A DNA stretch of 64,000 nucleotides from the human T2T-CHM13v2.0 reference genome, Homo sapiens (GCF_009914755.1 NC_060931.1); one strand, 5' to 3'; shown: positions 14,502-32,518, counted from the stretch's first letter. Notes: generated from the letters alone by a model not told the origin. Numbers and translations: made by a program.

Positions 14502-14882
14502 TCAGGAGTTTATCTAAATAGGAGAGCTGCACTTTGTCTCTTTTCCCCCAGTGGGACAGGAGCATAGTCTCCCACATGGGCCCTCAGAACCAGCTTAACC
14601 CAGGCAAGAGTCAGCGGGAAGGCCAGGCTGGTAGTGGGGAGAGCAGGAAGCAGCAGTACAGGGCCGCTGTCCTTTGGCAAGTACATGCCTTTCACCCCTG
14701 GGGTCAGGAGAGGCCCACTCCGATTTCCTCCGCAGAGCAGCCACCGCAGCAGCTGCATGTGGGATGCCCTGTATGTGAGGAGTCCAAGCAGAAGCTGGGA
14801 CACAGGAAGTTGTCCAGGTGAGAGACGATGGTCCAGGCCAGGGCTGATGGGGACCTGCACTGAGGTTCTAGCTTTATATAGT

Positions 14883-15182
14883 GGCTGGGCACGGTGACTC
14901 ACACCTGTAATCCCAGCAGTTTCGGAGGCCAAGGCAAGTGAATCACTCGAGTCCAGGAGTTCAAGACCAGCCTAGACAACATGGTGAAACCCCGTCGCTA
15001 CAAAAAATAACTCAATTAGCTGGGTTTGGTGCCGTGCACCTGCAGTTCCAGCTACTTGGAAGGCTGCGGTGGAAGGATCGCTTGAGCATGGGAGGTCAAG
15101 TCTTCAGTGAGCTGTGACTGGGGGACTATACTCCAGCCTGGGTGACAGAGTGAGACCCTGTCTCAAAAAGAAAAATAAAAAG
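14883..15182 (+). mobile_element. AluJ
   Basis: ggatcgcttgagc..ggaggtcaag diagnostics. Confidence 0.92.
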
Positions 15183-15459
15183 GTGATAGAGCGAAAGTAC
15201 GAGAGAACATGATGAGTTTTGCCTGAGAAACTGCGTGGGTTTTATTTACTGAGCAGGGAGAAGGCTTGCAGGGGGCAGATGTAGGGGCATTCAGTAGTTC
15301 TCTTTGGGCCATGGTAAGTTTGAGGCGCCTTTTGATATCCAAAGGATGATGCTGAGCAAATGGTTTGTAGTCCTGCCTGGAACTCAGATACAAGGAAAGC
15401 AGTGAAGTTATGTATTTTCAGTATCATCAGTGCAGAGATGGTAGAAGTCAAAGGATTAC

Positions 15460-15889
15460 TGTGTTGGTTTCTTGTGACTGTCATAGCAGAGTGCACAAAT
15501 TGGGTGATGTAAAGCAACAGCTGCTTATGCTGTCAAAATTCTGGAGGCTGGAAGTCCAGCATTGGGTGTCAGCAGGAGCACGCCCTCTCCGGAAGCTCTA
15601 GAAGAGAATCTTTCCCAGCCTCTTTCAACTTCTGGTCCATCTTTTGCATCACTGGAAGTCCTCAGCCTGCAGTTGCATCACTCCATCTCTGCCTCTGTCA
15701 TCAGATGGCCTTTTCACCTCTATCTATGTCCAAATCTCCCTCCTATAAGAAGACACCAGTCATTGGATGAGGGTCTACCCTGCTCCAGTATGACCTCATC
15801 TTAACCTGCTTAAATGTACAAAGACCCTATTTCCAAATAAGGTTGTGGTGGACAGGAACCTTGGAAGGACACTATTCAATCCTGAACAA
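15460..15889 (-). mobile_element. MLT1B/C LTR inserted in an L2 remnant
   Basis: ttctggaggctggaagtcc..gtatgacctcatcttaac..aaagaccctatttccaaataagg..ggacactattcaa. Confidence 0.8.
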
Positions 15890-16034
15890 TTACCTAGGGA
15901 AGGGGTATAGACAGAGATGAAACCCAAGAACAGGACGTTGAGGTCGCAATGTTTAGAGGACAGAGAGAGAAGGAGCTCCCTGGTGACACAGGTAGGATGT
16001 CAGTGGGACTGAGGTCCGGAAGATGGCAAGCCCT

Positions 16035-16344
16035 GTTTTTTTTTTTTTTTTTTGAGATAGAGTCTCGGTCTGTCACCTAGGCTGGAGTACAGTGGCTACA
16101 GTGGCGCAGTCTTGGCTCACTGCATCCTCCACCACCCAGGTTGAAGCAATTCTCCTGCCTCAGCCTCCCAAGCAGCTGGGACTATGGACACAAGCCACCA
16201 CACTCAGCTAATTTTTGTATTTTTCATAGAGACGAGGTTCCACCATGTTGGCCAGGCTGGTCTTGAACTCCTGACCTCAAGTGATCTGCCCGCCTCAGCC
16301 TCCCAAAGTGTTGGGACTACAGGTATGAGCCACCGCACCCAGCC
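16035..16344 (-). mobile_element. AluS
   Basis: Alu consensus. Confidence 0.95.
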
Positions 16345-17266
16345 TGATAGCACATATTTTATCTGTCAGCTTTGGTGAAGTCATCAACTGAGAGCTGGGA
16401 AACATGGCTCGGTCGAGTGCCCATTCGAAACCGATTTGGAAGGTTCTCCAGCCATGTCCAGCACCTAATGTAGCGTGAGAAATGGCTGGGCTCGATCATC
16501 ATTGAGGCTATATGTCAGAGGGAGAAATGAGCAAGGGAGGTTAGGGGGTTCGCAAAGCAGCAGTCAGAATGAAACTGGGGTTTGAGGGGGCAGGAGGTGA
16601 GAGCGGGGAATGCTGGGGAGTGGGAAGATGTGGGCTGGGGAGGAGAGCCTCATCCAGGTGGGGGAATGGTTGACGTGGGAGTGCAGAGCGAGTGAGCCAG
16701 GAGGACAAAAGGCGGCGGCAGCGGATGCTGGGAATTGAGGTTTCAGAGGTAGTACAGGGCTTGGTTATAACAAAATCTAGTGTCAGCCATGTGAACGGGT
16801 GGCTGAGGCTGGTGGAGCTGAAGAATAGGAATCATAAGGCTGAGGCAGCACACAGGACTCCAGGGGGAAACTGTTCTCCTGCAAGAAAACATGTGGCTTG
16901 CTTGACTTCCACTCCCAACTCCAAATGGTAGGAAATAAAAGGCAAAGGAAAGAAAGTCAACTTTCATTGCCAGGACTTGAGGGCCAAGATCCCTGAGGCA
17001 AGGGAAGCCGGCCTGTTGTCTGTCCACCATCCAGGCTCCCAGGCATTGGCTAAGTCCTTCCTGCACACAATGGTGAGAGGCCAAGAAACCAAGAAGAGGG
17101 CAGCTGCAAAGAGGCCACACAGAGCTTCCGGCAGCCTCCCAGTGCCAGAAGGACCAGAGCCTGGAATTCTGGACCTGCCTGGGAGGAGGGGCCCAGGAAA
17201 CACCTAAACTTACTTTCAGGAAGGGCCAACTGGAAATTGACTATCCCTCAGAGAGTTTGAAATTCA

Positions 17267-17488
<222 letters not shown>

Positions 17489-17687
17489 TTATCACAGAAC
17501 CAGTGAAAATTGGTGAGGCCCCGCCAACTCTTCATCTTAAGCTGGCAGCAGTTTCACTTGTTTTATTATGATTATTCAGCTTGAAATATAAAAACTTGTC
17601 ACTGGATAAGATTTCGTCAGGTGCATCAAGACTTTTCCAAGAAGCACATTTGTTAAATATTGAACAATTAAAAATCTGTAGGAATTC

Positions 17688-18266
<579 letters not shown>

Positions 18267-18984
18267 CTAAACCTGTAAGAACCCGTGCCCCTGTTACGCA
18301 AAGAGGGAACCGAGAGGCAGAGATATTAGGGAACGTGCTCTGAAAACCTGGGAAGTATAGGAGTGAAGCCCGACCTCTTTCACTTGCAGCCTGCTGCCTC
18401 AACACCAAGCTAGGGTGGCACATTCTGGCACTTTCATCGGCACCCTGGGGTGTACATCAAAGATGAGAGAAATTCACGCCCTTGGGCCAGGATCCAGCCT
18501 TCACTTGCTGTCTTGTTATTCGTTCATTTTCTTATGTTCCGCAAATATTTATTAAGTGCCTATTCTGTGCCAGGCATTGTTAGGAGCTGGGCTACAGAGA
18601 CAAAGGAACTCAAGGGCAAGACAGTCTAGGAGGAAGGCAGACAAACAGACAGCAGACAATTACAATGCCAAGTGGCAAGTCTGTGGGGAAAGGGAGGACG
18701 TGGTGTTCTACAGCAGACCATTACCAAACCGAAAGACGTCAGGGTGAAACTTGGAAATGACCCAACTGCTAAATAAGAGAACAGCTCATTGTCATGACCC
18801 CATAGAAGAATGTTAATCAGCCATTTAATTTCTGGAGACATGAAAATGGTGGTCCCAAAATGATGCTCCTTGAAAATGGCTGGCTGTGGAACAGAATCTA
18901 CATCTGAGACCCCTTACATTTTTTATAAACCAAAATTCTGCTGAAGGTCGTTAGATGTGCTGAATACCTTCTGTTTGCAGATTC

Positions 18985-19358
18985 ATGAGCTGCCTCAACG
19001 GGCACCTTGACCTCTGGCTTCTGGTGGGCTTGGACCAGTGGATGGCACCCCTGGGCCACTGGACCGAGGGAGGAGGAGAATAGAAGTTGGGAATGTGTCC
19101 TCCCCGTTCCCTCCCTGCGGTGGCCTCAGTGCTACTGGGTACCCTGGCCACTGCTGGCAGGTCCTACAGGCTCTGGGAGCTGCTTCCTTCACCTCTTCAG
19201 GTCGAGGGAGCCGAGGTGCCTTGCTGTCACCAGCTCCAGGACTCTGCACCATCCTCTGGGGCTCCCTACACTCGTAAATAGTCCCTTTATTAATCTCTCC
19301 TCAAATTACGTAAATTATGGGTGCCAACTATCTCCTCCTGGACCCCTGGTGAATAGAC
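18985..19358 (+). mobile_element. LTR33-like ERVL LTR
   Basis: gtaaatagtccctttattaatctctcctcaaattac..gggtgcca..cctggaccc.. Confidence 0.6.
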
Positions 19359-20035
19359 ACCTGGTTTGTGTGGGTCATTTTTGTTGTTCTCTCATGCGTG
19401 TTGCCAGCTTTGTATAGTGGTCACCTTTGGGGGTACGTGGCCAACTCATGACCCCTCATCTTCTCTGAGAACTGTCCCCCAAATCGCAGGGGTGGGCCCA
19501 GCACCCATGTTTGCACCAAGTGCCTGTAACGGATTGGGCTGGAGTGGAGATCAAAGGTCAACGAGGCCAGCCAGCTGCCCTCTCCTAGGTGCTCGGTCAA
19601 GACTGGAGAAAGCCCAGCCAGTCTTGGTGGACGGACGTCCTGTGAACAAAGAAAGAGGAAAAGCCAGTCTGCAGAGGGATTAAAGGGACGGCCTCGGACC
19701 TTTGGACCCTTGTTTTGTGAGAGGCACATTTACAAGTTTTTTTAATCCAAATTAAGATAATAGCATACATATTGTTCTGCCATCAGTTTTACAACTCGCT
19801 ATAGTGAGAACAGTCTTCCTTATCATGAAATAGGCTTTTACAACATGATTTTTAATGACTGCAAGATTTTTGTTGTATGGCTATTATCATGATTTACATC
19901 TAGAACCTTGTCCAGGATTAAAATCAATTGTATTGGTCTATATTTTGTTGAAACACCTGCCTCTTTTGGAACTCAGGACCACAGTTGCTTGTCTTTAGTT
20001 TTCCTGCACTTTTGCTGTTTTCCAGCGTTCTCTAT

Positions 20036-20341
20036 TTTATTTTATTTATTTATTTTTTTGAGACAGAGTCTCACTCTGTTGCCCAGGCTGGTAGTGCAGT
20101 GGCACAATCTTGGCTCAACACAACCTCCGCCTCCAGGGTTCAAGCAGTTCTCAGGCCTCAGCCTCCCAAGTAGCAGGACTACAAGGTGTGTGCCACCATG
20201 CTCAGCTGATTTTTGTATTTTCAGTAGAGACAGGTTTCACCGTGTTGGCCAGGCTAGTCTCAAATTCCTGACTTCAAGTGATCCACCTGCCTCAGCCTCC
20301 CAAAGTGCTGGAATTACAGGCATGAGCCACCACATCCGGCC
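20036..20341 (-). mobile_element. AluS
   Basis: Alu consensus. Confidence 0.95.
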
Positions 20342-21114
20342 TCCTGCATTCTTTAAAGCGCCTCATACATCCATCAGTGTCTTCTGTACATCGTACTTCC
20401 TTCATGCTCTGAAATCGAATTCGTTCAAATCAGATGGTCACATGACCTCCTCAATAAAAATTAACATGGATTGAGTGTAGCTCTGTTCTAGGTCTGAGCT
20501 ATCTCATTAATTGTCACAACGTCATCTCGTTTGCCCTTCAGATGGCCTGTGGGCTTGTTTTTATTTTCTCCGCTTAGTGCCGGACACCATCTTGGAGGAC
20601 GAGTGTGGGTTTCCTGCGTTAAAGCAGCCGGCCGGGCAGAGCTGAGCAAACCCCAGGACTTCCGACTCAGAATCTACACAGAACACAGCCTCCCTCGGAC
20701 TGATGTTTGCTCTGCCCTTCACAGTTTGAAGATAATGATCCTGGATAGAATAGAAGCCAAATAAGAGTTCAGCAGCTCTGTGTTTTCATCTGTTTAATGT
20801 CACCATCTGTCCCAAGCGGGGAGCCTCTTCTTTCTTGTTCCTGTTTTTCTGAGCATGACTAAAATCTATTTTAAAAGTTGACTCAGCATGACTTGCAAGC
20901 CTTCGTTCAGGATGGTTCTTAGCTTTTGTGACACGGTTTAGCCTCTGCCCCTCTTTTCTGTATGTCCTGGGTTATGATCAGTTTAGCAGCAGGGAAGAAT
21001 CTGGGTTTGAAGTTTGGCTGACCTGAATTTGAATTGTGAATCTTGGCAATAGACCAGTCAGCAGCTATGTGAACTCAAGTGACTCCATCTTCCTGAGCCT
21101 CTGCCTCCTTGAGT

Positions 21115-21615
21115 GACAACCACCACCCCTGCCGTGCTCCATGTCCCTGTGCGGCTCCTCCCACTCTGCATCCGGGCTGGCCCTGTGCCTCGCTTTGCCA
21201 ACAGAAAGCGCCAGAATGATGCTGTGCCACTCCCAGTCTAGGCCACGAGAAAACCTGGTGGCTTCTACTTTTGTACTTTGGGAAGCTCTGCACCATTGAG
21301 GAAGAAGTCTGTCTGCCCTGCTTCTCCACCTCCAGGTGAAAACGCTACATGGAGAGGTGTGTAGAAGAGGGAGAGGCCCAGCCATCCCCAAATCCCAGCA
21401 CAACCTGACCTTCCACCTGTCCCTGCCAGGGCCCCAGACCCGAGTGAGCAGTGCAGGCCAGTCCCCAGGTGGCCGCAGCCTCAGTGGACACCACGTGGGA
21501 CAGAAGACTGTCCCACTGAATCTAGTCAACCCTCAGAATCCTGGGGCGAACTGAATGGCTCTCTTTAACCACTGAGATTTGGGATGGTTTGTACACAGCA
21601 ACAGGTACCCAAACA
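21115..21615 (+). mobile_element. MLT1G/H-type LTR inserted in a MIR
   Basis: gggctggccctgtg..gctttgccaacagaa..gtcaaccctcagaatc..ccactgagatttgggatggtttgt..cagcaa. Confidence 0.7.
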
Positions 21616-21742
21616 TTGTTAAATGGGAGGAAAAACCAAGGCTTATAGCGTTTAGCAAGGTGCCTGGCACACGACAAGACGGGAGCTACTCTTATTTGAC
21701 TTTGTCAAAACTGTGCTGGGTTGAATGCTCCTTTGAGACTAA

Positions 21743-22126
<384 letters not shown>

Positions 22127-23833
22127 TAATCTCAGAATCATCCTCTATCTCCCCGTGGCACCATGGCCAGAAGGGAGTTGTTCTCCATTCAGTCTCCACT
22201 CTAAGATATTACACTGGCAGCCAGGGAGGTTCAAGGTGGATCAGGGCCTGAACCCACTGCCATAACAGTGTCCTTTTGACATCTCTGTTGCCTTCTAAAT
22301 CAGTGCTGGGGTTCCCACAGTTCCATGACCTATAACAGGGAGTTTCTTGTGGGCTGCGAGCCCCTAGGAAGATGACCCTCTCTGGTGAGACCAGCTTCCT
22401 TCCCCACAGCTTGCCTTGCCTGTGCAGAAGGAGTGAGGCAGAGGGTCTGCAGGCTCTACTCGCCCCCTTGCTTCACAAAGTATTTCCACCTGTATTCGTG
22501 AAGTTGACTGCTCCATCACCTGAGGTCTGCGTAAGGAGAAGGTGGAGCTGGGACTGCAGTCTGGCTTGGCCAGGGCTACTCCAGAAGTAGTGACAAGCAC
22601 AGAGGCTCACCCAGGAAGGTGCTGGGGTGCTGCTGTCCATCCGGTGACACTGGATAACATTTGATTCTGAGCCCGTGTCACCTCCCTGGAACTGTCCCGA
22701 CATGCAGGAGTCACGATAAACCATACTGTAGTCATGTTAAATTATTTGATCATTATAAAGATAAAACTCTTCTTTTGCAGTCATAGTTTGCAATTGACAG
22801 CTATTTTCATAGTTAAAACATCACTTTCTTAAATGATTAACACCATACGTTGCGACTTTGGTGCACTGTGTTGGAGTGATGGTCTGTTTTACCTTTCACG
22901 AGCTAATGAGAGAAGAACAGCGTAACATGTACATGAAGGTTTGCAGCAAGTAAAGTCCAATGATATTAACATCACTGAGCAAACGCAGGTTTCCCAGCAG
23001 TTTGGATACTTTAACGTGAAGATAAAGTGAAAACGACAGTAAGAAAGCCTAAGTTATGGTCAGACCATGCTTGAAATTGCACAAATGCATCATTTCCAGC
23101 ATTCATTTGCTTTCCTTCCACAGCCTATGCTGAACTGAGATTTTTTTTTGTCTTTCTGCTGGGATTAATAACCAATTTTAATTTCTATTCCTGAGCCTGG
23201 CAGTATTAAACTAGGTATTTTTTAATGTAGATAACAACATCACCCTATTGCTAACTCTATTTGAGCAATGGTTTTACAGTGTGTAATGCTATCTCACTTA
23301 AATTGACATTTCAGGTTGCTTGGTAGCAGGATCTGGTTAAATACAAGGGTTGATGAATGTAAACCAGCTAACAAAGCCCTTACGTTAATCATGACATTTT
23401 GCAAAATACACTGATATGAAAAGACATTATCTATATTATTATTAAAGCTAAAAATACTAAAGCAGATTAAACATTAAACCAGACCTATGACTGCATTATT
23501 TTTTCCCTGTTAAAACAAACTTTAGAGATTGTATTTCAGCCAAAGAGCCTCATCCCTCACATTAAATTATTATACTCTACAGGGATTTGAGGTTTCGTTT
23601 GTACATATGTTTTCCTAGTTAAGTACAAGGAGTTCAACCTTTCACATACTTAAAGTACTTTGCATTTGTGTATTTAAAGTACTATTGCAATAAAAATAAT
23701 GTAAATTTACACCAGAGGTGCATTTCTGAGCTGGGGCAAAGTGGTCATCTACAGGAGGGGTGGGGCGTGGAGGGAAATGGCAGAGGGGAGGGACGATATC
23801 GCCACCTGCCACCTGCCACCCATCACCTCCTAG

Positions 23834-24448
<615 letters not shown>

Positions 24449-24485
24449 TAGACAATGAGAACTGTGTAATCCCTTCTGCTTCTGA

Positions 24486-24921
<436 letters not shown>

Positions 24922-24929
24922 TCAGCAAC

Positions 24930-25800
24930 ATGTTTTTAGGAGCAGGCTGTCAGCCCCGTGGGCTCCCGAGGTGGTGGGGTCACGGGTGCCTCCTGGAGGA
25001 GCCACAGACACCAGCCCAGGTAATGGGGGACTGCAGGGAACACCCAGCAGGACACAGAGGACGTCCAACTGTGGACACTGGGGCGGCATTTCCAAGAAGA
25101 GGCCTCTGAACTAAATCTGGGATAGGAGGACAAGAGGCCCTGCAGGCAGAAAGGCACCCAGCCGGGCACACGAGCCACCACAATGCGGGACAAGGGAGCA
25201 GGTGGTGAGGCGGGCACGGGGGAAGTGCAGTCGGTGAACCAGCAGCCGGCCAAGGGTGGCAACAGAGGTCTTCAGGCAGGCAAATGAGTCTCTACTTCGA
25301 CGATGACACCATAACCCTGGCAACAAAAGTGGAGGAGGACAGAAACAGGGAGAAGCCAGTTTGGCAGCTGCTGGAATAGGTGGACGTGGAAGCAACGCAG
25401 GCCGGACCAGGGCAGCTCCATATTTCTGAGGTCACACCTAGGGCTCCATGACTCAGTGGGTTGGAAGGAAAAGATGGAAAAAGATAAGAATGATGCAAGG
25501 TTTTACCTTTAAAGGTTTTGACCTTTAAAAACCAGGTGAGTACTGACATAATGGGGGAAGAGAGAAAAGGGGGAAGTTTCTGAGTAGGAAGAGAAAAGGA
25601 AGAAAGTTCAGTTTGTACCTGTGAAGTTCAAGACGACTGATAGCAAGACTAGATGGAGTGGAATAGGTGGGTAAGGAGGTGAGAGAGGGATGTAGGCTTG
25701 AATCATTGGCATGAGCATGAGAAGCGATGCCATGGGAATGAGGGCAATTATCAAGGGAAACGTAGAACAAAGATGGCAAGTGCGTAGAGCACATGGCCCC
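24930..25800 (-). mobile_element. Degenerate L2 remnant
   Basis: cattcattcactcagcaacattt L2 end at ~24585; gagaaaaggaagaaagttcagtttgtacctgtgaagttcaag.. Confidence 0.5.
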
Positions 25801-26585
25801 ACTCCTGCTCTCCGTTGCCCATGTCAGGCATTGTCAATCAATCACAGCACTCTTCACGCACAGCCAAGGGCTGCAGACATCACTGGAAAAGGATTCCTGG
25901 AAGCAGGAATGGTCTGCAGCGTCAGATGCCGCGGTTAGCTCAAACAGGATGACGTCTGAAACAGGCTGGGGGATCAACATCTGGGAAGGCATTGATCTTT
26001 TCTTACCTGTCTCAAAGAAACTATTTTTTATTGTTGTTTTAATATTATGTTTATATTTTCTTTTATGAAAGTAACCTTCCAAAATTTGAAAATACTGAAT
26101 CACACAAAGAAATGGTGAAATTATAGGTGATAATTTCCAGTCTTTTTGTGTGTGTGTCTCTACAGCTATACATAGTTGCAATCATACTGTATACACAATT
26201 TTTGTGTATTTCCTGATTTTTCACTGGATATTATAGCATTTCCAATTATTTATTTACCTTTTCTCTTCACTGTTAAGCATATGGGAAGTTTCCAAATTTT
26301 GTTGTTAAAATAATGTTTGTAATAAACTATTTTAAAACATAGTTTCCTTTGATTTTTAATATTTACTTAGAATAAATTTCTAGAAGTGTCCGAAATAAAC
26401 ATTTTAAGACTCTTGATATAACAAAATGCATTTCAGAAATGTTGTGCTGATTGGCACTCCCACCAGCAGAGAATAAAAGTATTTAAATGACTGCATGATT
26501 TTTAACTATCTTGTTTTTTTTCTTAAAGTGATGCAAATCCCTTTTGGAAACCAGAGTATAGTATAATAAACATACACACACCTAA

Positions 26586-27109
<524 letters not shown>

Positions 27110-27874
27110 GGAGCAAATTCTTGACCTGGTATACCGTCAGTTCTTAAAAATGAATCAAGAAATGTGCCACTCTACTAGTGTCCATTTCACTCTTAGAGCA
27201 ACTTGCACATGATGTAAGTAATATTTTCCTAGTTTTACAAAGAAAGGAAATAGACTTAACAAGGCTAATTCGCTTCCCCAAGGGCATGCAATTAGTAGGT
27301 GGTGAAATCAGAATTTACACTCACTCCCGTCTTCATTGAAACGTAGTGCTTAATTTCCTGTGAGCTGCACTGGAGAGAGCTCTATCCTTGAAAGGCAAGA
27401 TTTTCTTGGTTCTTTCAAAGATGACATCAGAGGGGTGGTGCCTGCTGTTTTCTAAGACTCACTTCTGGTTTCTGGTTGATTAGTTCTTTAGGAGAAGGCT
27501 CCCAACCCTCAATAGGAAGCCCAGTCTCCAAAGGTGGCCAGAACACGGTCCCCTCTCTTTGGGCATTAGCCTGGATAAAAGCCAGCTCTGAGGTCATATT
27601 TATTATATGATTGTGTAATAAAAGCTCTTTACTGGTGAATTGGCCGCTGGCAGCATTTTCCTGAGAATTCGAGGGAATCAAGTGTACAGAATAACAAGAA
27701 AAACAGCGCCTTAGGAAGCGTCCCAAAGGAATGGAGGGAGCACCCGCCATAGGTGCCAGGGACACCCGTGGGTCGCGCCTGTTTGCCTGCACTCTCAACT
27801 CCCTTCCTCTAGCTGCTGGGTGTTACTTACTCTGCCAACAATTTGTTACATTGTGTTTTTTAAAACACTGTTCA

Positions 27875-28354
<480 letters not shown>

Positions 28355-28415
28355 TTACACATAATTATTCTAGATCTCCCTCTTGTGGACCATCTATGAA
28401 ATAAAAGACACCAGT

Positions 28416-28700
<285 letters not shown>

Positions 28701-28809
28701 GCCCCCCCGCCAAAACCAATCATATTTAATAGATACAATGAAGAATGTTATAGGTTATAAGGAATTAATTTCTGTGAGTACTATTTCAACATGTAAGACC
28801 ATTAGTTTT

Positions 28810-29410
28810 TTTGTTATGAAATATTACAGACTTTTTAAATGTATATAGAGAATAATATAAAAATACCCATGCACCCACAAACCAGCTTTATCAGATCTTA
28901 ACATTTTGCCCCACATTTACTTCAGATCCTTTAAAAAGGTAAAATAGATACAGTTGAGGGTCCCTAAATATATCCTCTCCCTAAAGTAATCATGGTTCTG
29001 AATTTATCTGTATTACTCCCATACATATGTTTATACTTCTCTACATGTATGTGTGCCAATACAATGCACACTGCTGTTTTATATGTTTGAAATTTTATAA
29101 GAAGTTACTGTCACACTGCATGTATTATTCTGCAATCTGTTTTTCTCCCACAATATTATACTTTTGAAGTTTTTCCTTGTGTTTCTGTTTCATTCATTTT
29201 CCTCTTCTGTATGCTATTGGTTGTATAAATATCACAACATATTTACCAGTTCTCTTATTCTGGGACATTTAGGTTATTTCCATTTTTCCTCATAACAAAC
29301 AATGCTGTGGTGAACACACTTGGCCTTGCCTCCTTGTCTGTATATGGGAACTTTTCTAGAATATCCTAAAAGGGGAGTGCTGGCTCATTATACTGGGCTT
29401 CTTCAGCTTT
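28810..29410 (-). mobile_element. L1ME-type 3' remnant
   Basis: tgggacatttaggttatttccattttt..aaacaatgctgtggtgaacac. Confidence 0.65.
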
Positions 29411-29519
29411 ACTGCTCATAGAGGATGGTACTACGTTACCTTCCGACCGTCAGCAGAGCTCTTTCCTTTCCTGTCATCTGTCCTCCCAGTGGGCAGCCAG
29501 GTGGAAGGAGCAGTAGCCA

Positions 29520-29750
29520 CCATTAATCGAGCCTTCACCATGTGCCAAGCACCAGGTTACACAAATTGCCTGAATTTTCTTGTTTTAAAATGACAACAAT
29601 CTTATGGGGGCAGCATTAGCAAGCCTGGTTTACAGGAAATCAGAGAAGTCCCGGACGCTGCCCAAGGCCACACAGATAATGAACTGCAGAGCGGAAGTGA
29701 AACTGATGCAGCCTCACCTGTCTGATCCCGAGCTGCTATTTGACCACTGG
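29520..29750 (-). mobile_element. MIR
   Basis: atgtgccaagcac..gacaacaatcttatg..ttacaggaaa..tgcccaaggccacacag. Confidence 0.65.
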
Positions 29751-29867
29751 GCTATAAAGATGGTGAAAGACTTACCTGTAGAATTCTGGGATGGCGGAGG
29801 ACACATCTTCCTAGTGAAGTCTCTAAGCCAGTTTGGTGAGAGCTGAGAACGAAGATCAGAAGAAAGA

Positions 29868-30198
<331 letters not shown>

Positions 30199-30747
30199 TT
30201 AAATGTTTTAATTATGAAAGTCATTATTATACGTTCAAAAGAGTATATTTAATGTTAATGTATAAATAAGGAACAATAATAAAATGAACAGATGGCAAGA
30301 AAGGAGTGAGAGAAATGGAAATTAAAGGTATCTAGATACCTAAGAAAAATAGACTTCAGTGTGAGAAAATAGCAGTGGAGGATCTGACAGCATGCATCCG
30401 TTTTCCTTGCAATTACTCAGGCTCAGCGAGTGTTTTTCGACAGTGCAGGAGTCTAAAGCTGCTTTGCCGTGTGCTCAGAACAGCTGACCTAAATCTGGCA
30501 GGACAGAGGAGTGGGGACCATCACATCAATGAGAAAAGGTGGAGTGTGCACCTGCCTGGAGACAAAGCAGAAATGGAAATAAGGGCCAGGTGGAAGACAA
30601 GAAGAGGGAAAAGGAAGTGTATTCTCCAGCTGGTCTCTCTGCTCAGCCCTGCAGGAGCTGGGAATTCCTCCTGAGCTCCCTGGGGAGCTGTCTGTTTTGC
30701 CCTGGTTTGACCAGAGCCTGACCTGAGCACTTTGCTTTTATTTCTCC

Positions 30748-30752
<5 letters not shown>

Positions 30753-30800
<48 letters not shown>
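30753..30800. repeat. (TG)24 microsatellite in an Alu tail
   Basis: Counted directly. Confidence 0.97.
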
Positions 30801-30804
<4 letters not shown>

Positions 30805-31098
30805 TTTGTTTGTTTTTGAGATGGAGTCTCGCTCTGTCGCCCAGGCTGGAGTTCAGTGACATGATCTCGGCTCACTGCAACTTCTGCTTCCCGGGTTCAA
30901 GCAATTCTCGTGCCTCAGCCTCCCAAGTAGCTGGATTACAGGCATGTGCCACCACGTCCAGCTAATTTTTGTATTTTTAGTAGAGATGGGGTTTTGCCAT
31001 GTTGACCAGGCTGGTCTCGAACTCCTGACCTCAAGTGATCCACCCGCCTCAGCCTCCCAAAATGCTGGGATTACAGGCATGAGCTACCGGCCCCAGCC
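30801..31098 (-). mobile_element. AluS
   Basis: Alu consensus. Confidence 0.95.
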
Positions 31099-31725
31099 TC
31101 TCTCCTTTTATTTTTAAGGAGCTAAGTAATGCAAAACTCAACGGGCCTAGTATGCCATCTGGTAGTGAACGTCTAGTTGAATTAAAGATGAAAAGTGCTA
31201 GGGTGTTTGTATTGTTTCGACTAAGACACAGAGGTATAAGTTGTATTTTAGAGTTGTTCATGTTTACTTTACTTGAAAACGAAATGACTTCCAAAATAGA
31301 GGAGTCAAAACAAACCAGAAGTGAAAGTTAGCAAGTATTACAGGAAGTGGAAAGGAAACGAATGTGTTGCTATGGAAGTGAAACTGCTTTTTAAACAGCG
31401 CATCAAGAGCAGAGTGGGTAAAGCAGGTAGTTTTCTTGGCATGAGTAAAGGATATAGGTCATCTTATGTGCTTTTATACAATAAAAGTATAACTGATACC
31501 TTGATCTTAACTTTGTTAAACTGTGAAAAGAGAAAGAACTTGGTGATGTTAAGATACCTCGATACCTTTAGCTTCATCAAAAATGGGTCACGTGCCTTAA
31601 CCTTGACTTACTCATTTTTCCTACCTTCACGCCTATCATTTCCCCACTTAGAATGCCTTTATGCTACTCAGATTTCCCATCAGAATTTCAACCATCCTAT
31701 TAAGGACTTTGAAAACCTGACTTAA

Positions 31726-32033
<308 letters not shown>

Positions 32034-32059
32034 CTGATTTAAATTTTTTATGGAAGTAT

Positions 32060-32518
32060 AAAAATCCATGAAATGCTAAGTCAAACTTGCTCAACTAGGA
32101 ATTAAGATACAACACAAAACCAAGGACAGACACACAGACCAGGGGAACAGGAGAGGGAGCCCAGAGAGAGACTATATTACATGGGAATCATTACATGATA
32201 AAGACAGCCCAGGAATCAGTGGGGAAAGGACGAGTTACTTGTGGATATTTAGAAGTCATTTCAGTGTCTGCAGGGGGAAAAAAACCAACATCACATACAT
32301 AGGACTATTCAAAATGAAGTCAATACCGAATATGAACAGTAAAATGATAAGTTAACAGAATACGGTGATGACACACTTCCTTGCGATCCAAGGGTGGGGA
32401 AGGACCTCTTAAAATTTCAAAACACAAGCTGTAAGCAAAAAAAAAAAAGGAAGATGATTTTTAGTACATCAGAATGAAAAATTTCTGGTCAACTAGTGGC
32501 CCACTGACAAAGTTAATT
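32060..32518 (+). mobile_element. Old L1M ORF2 fragment (left of Tigger1; continues 35223-35460)
   Basis: gagagggagcccagag..aatcagtggggaaagga..; right part agaatgggagaa..ttgcaat..ggcaattcatagaagaaga. Confidence 0.6.
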
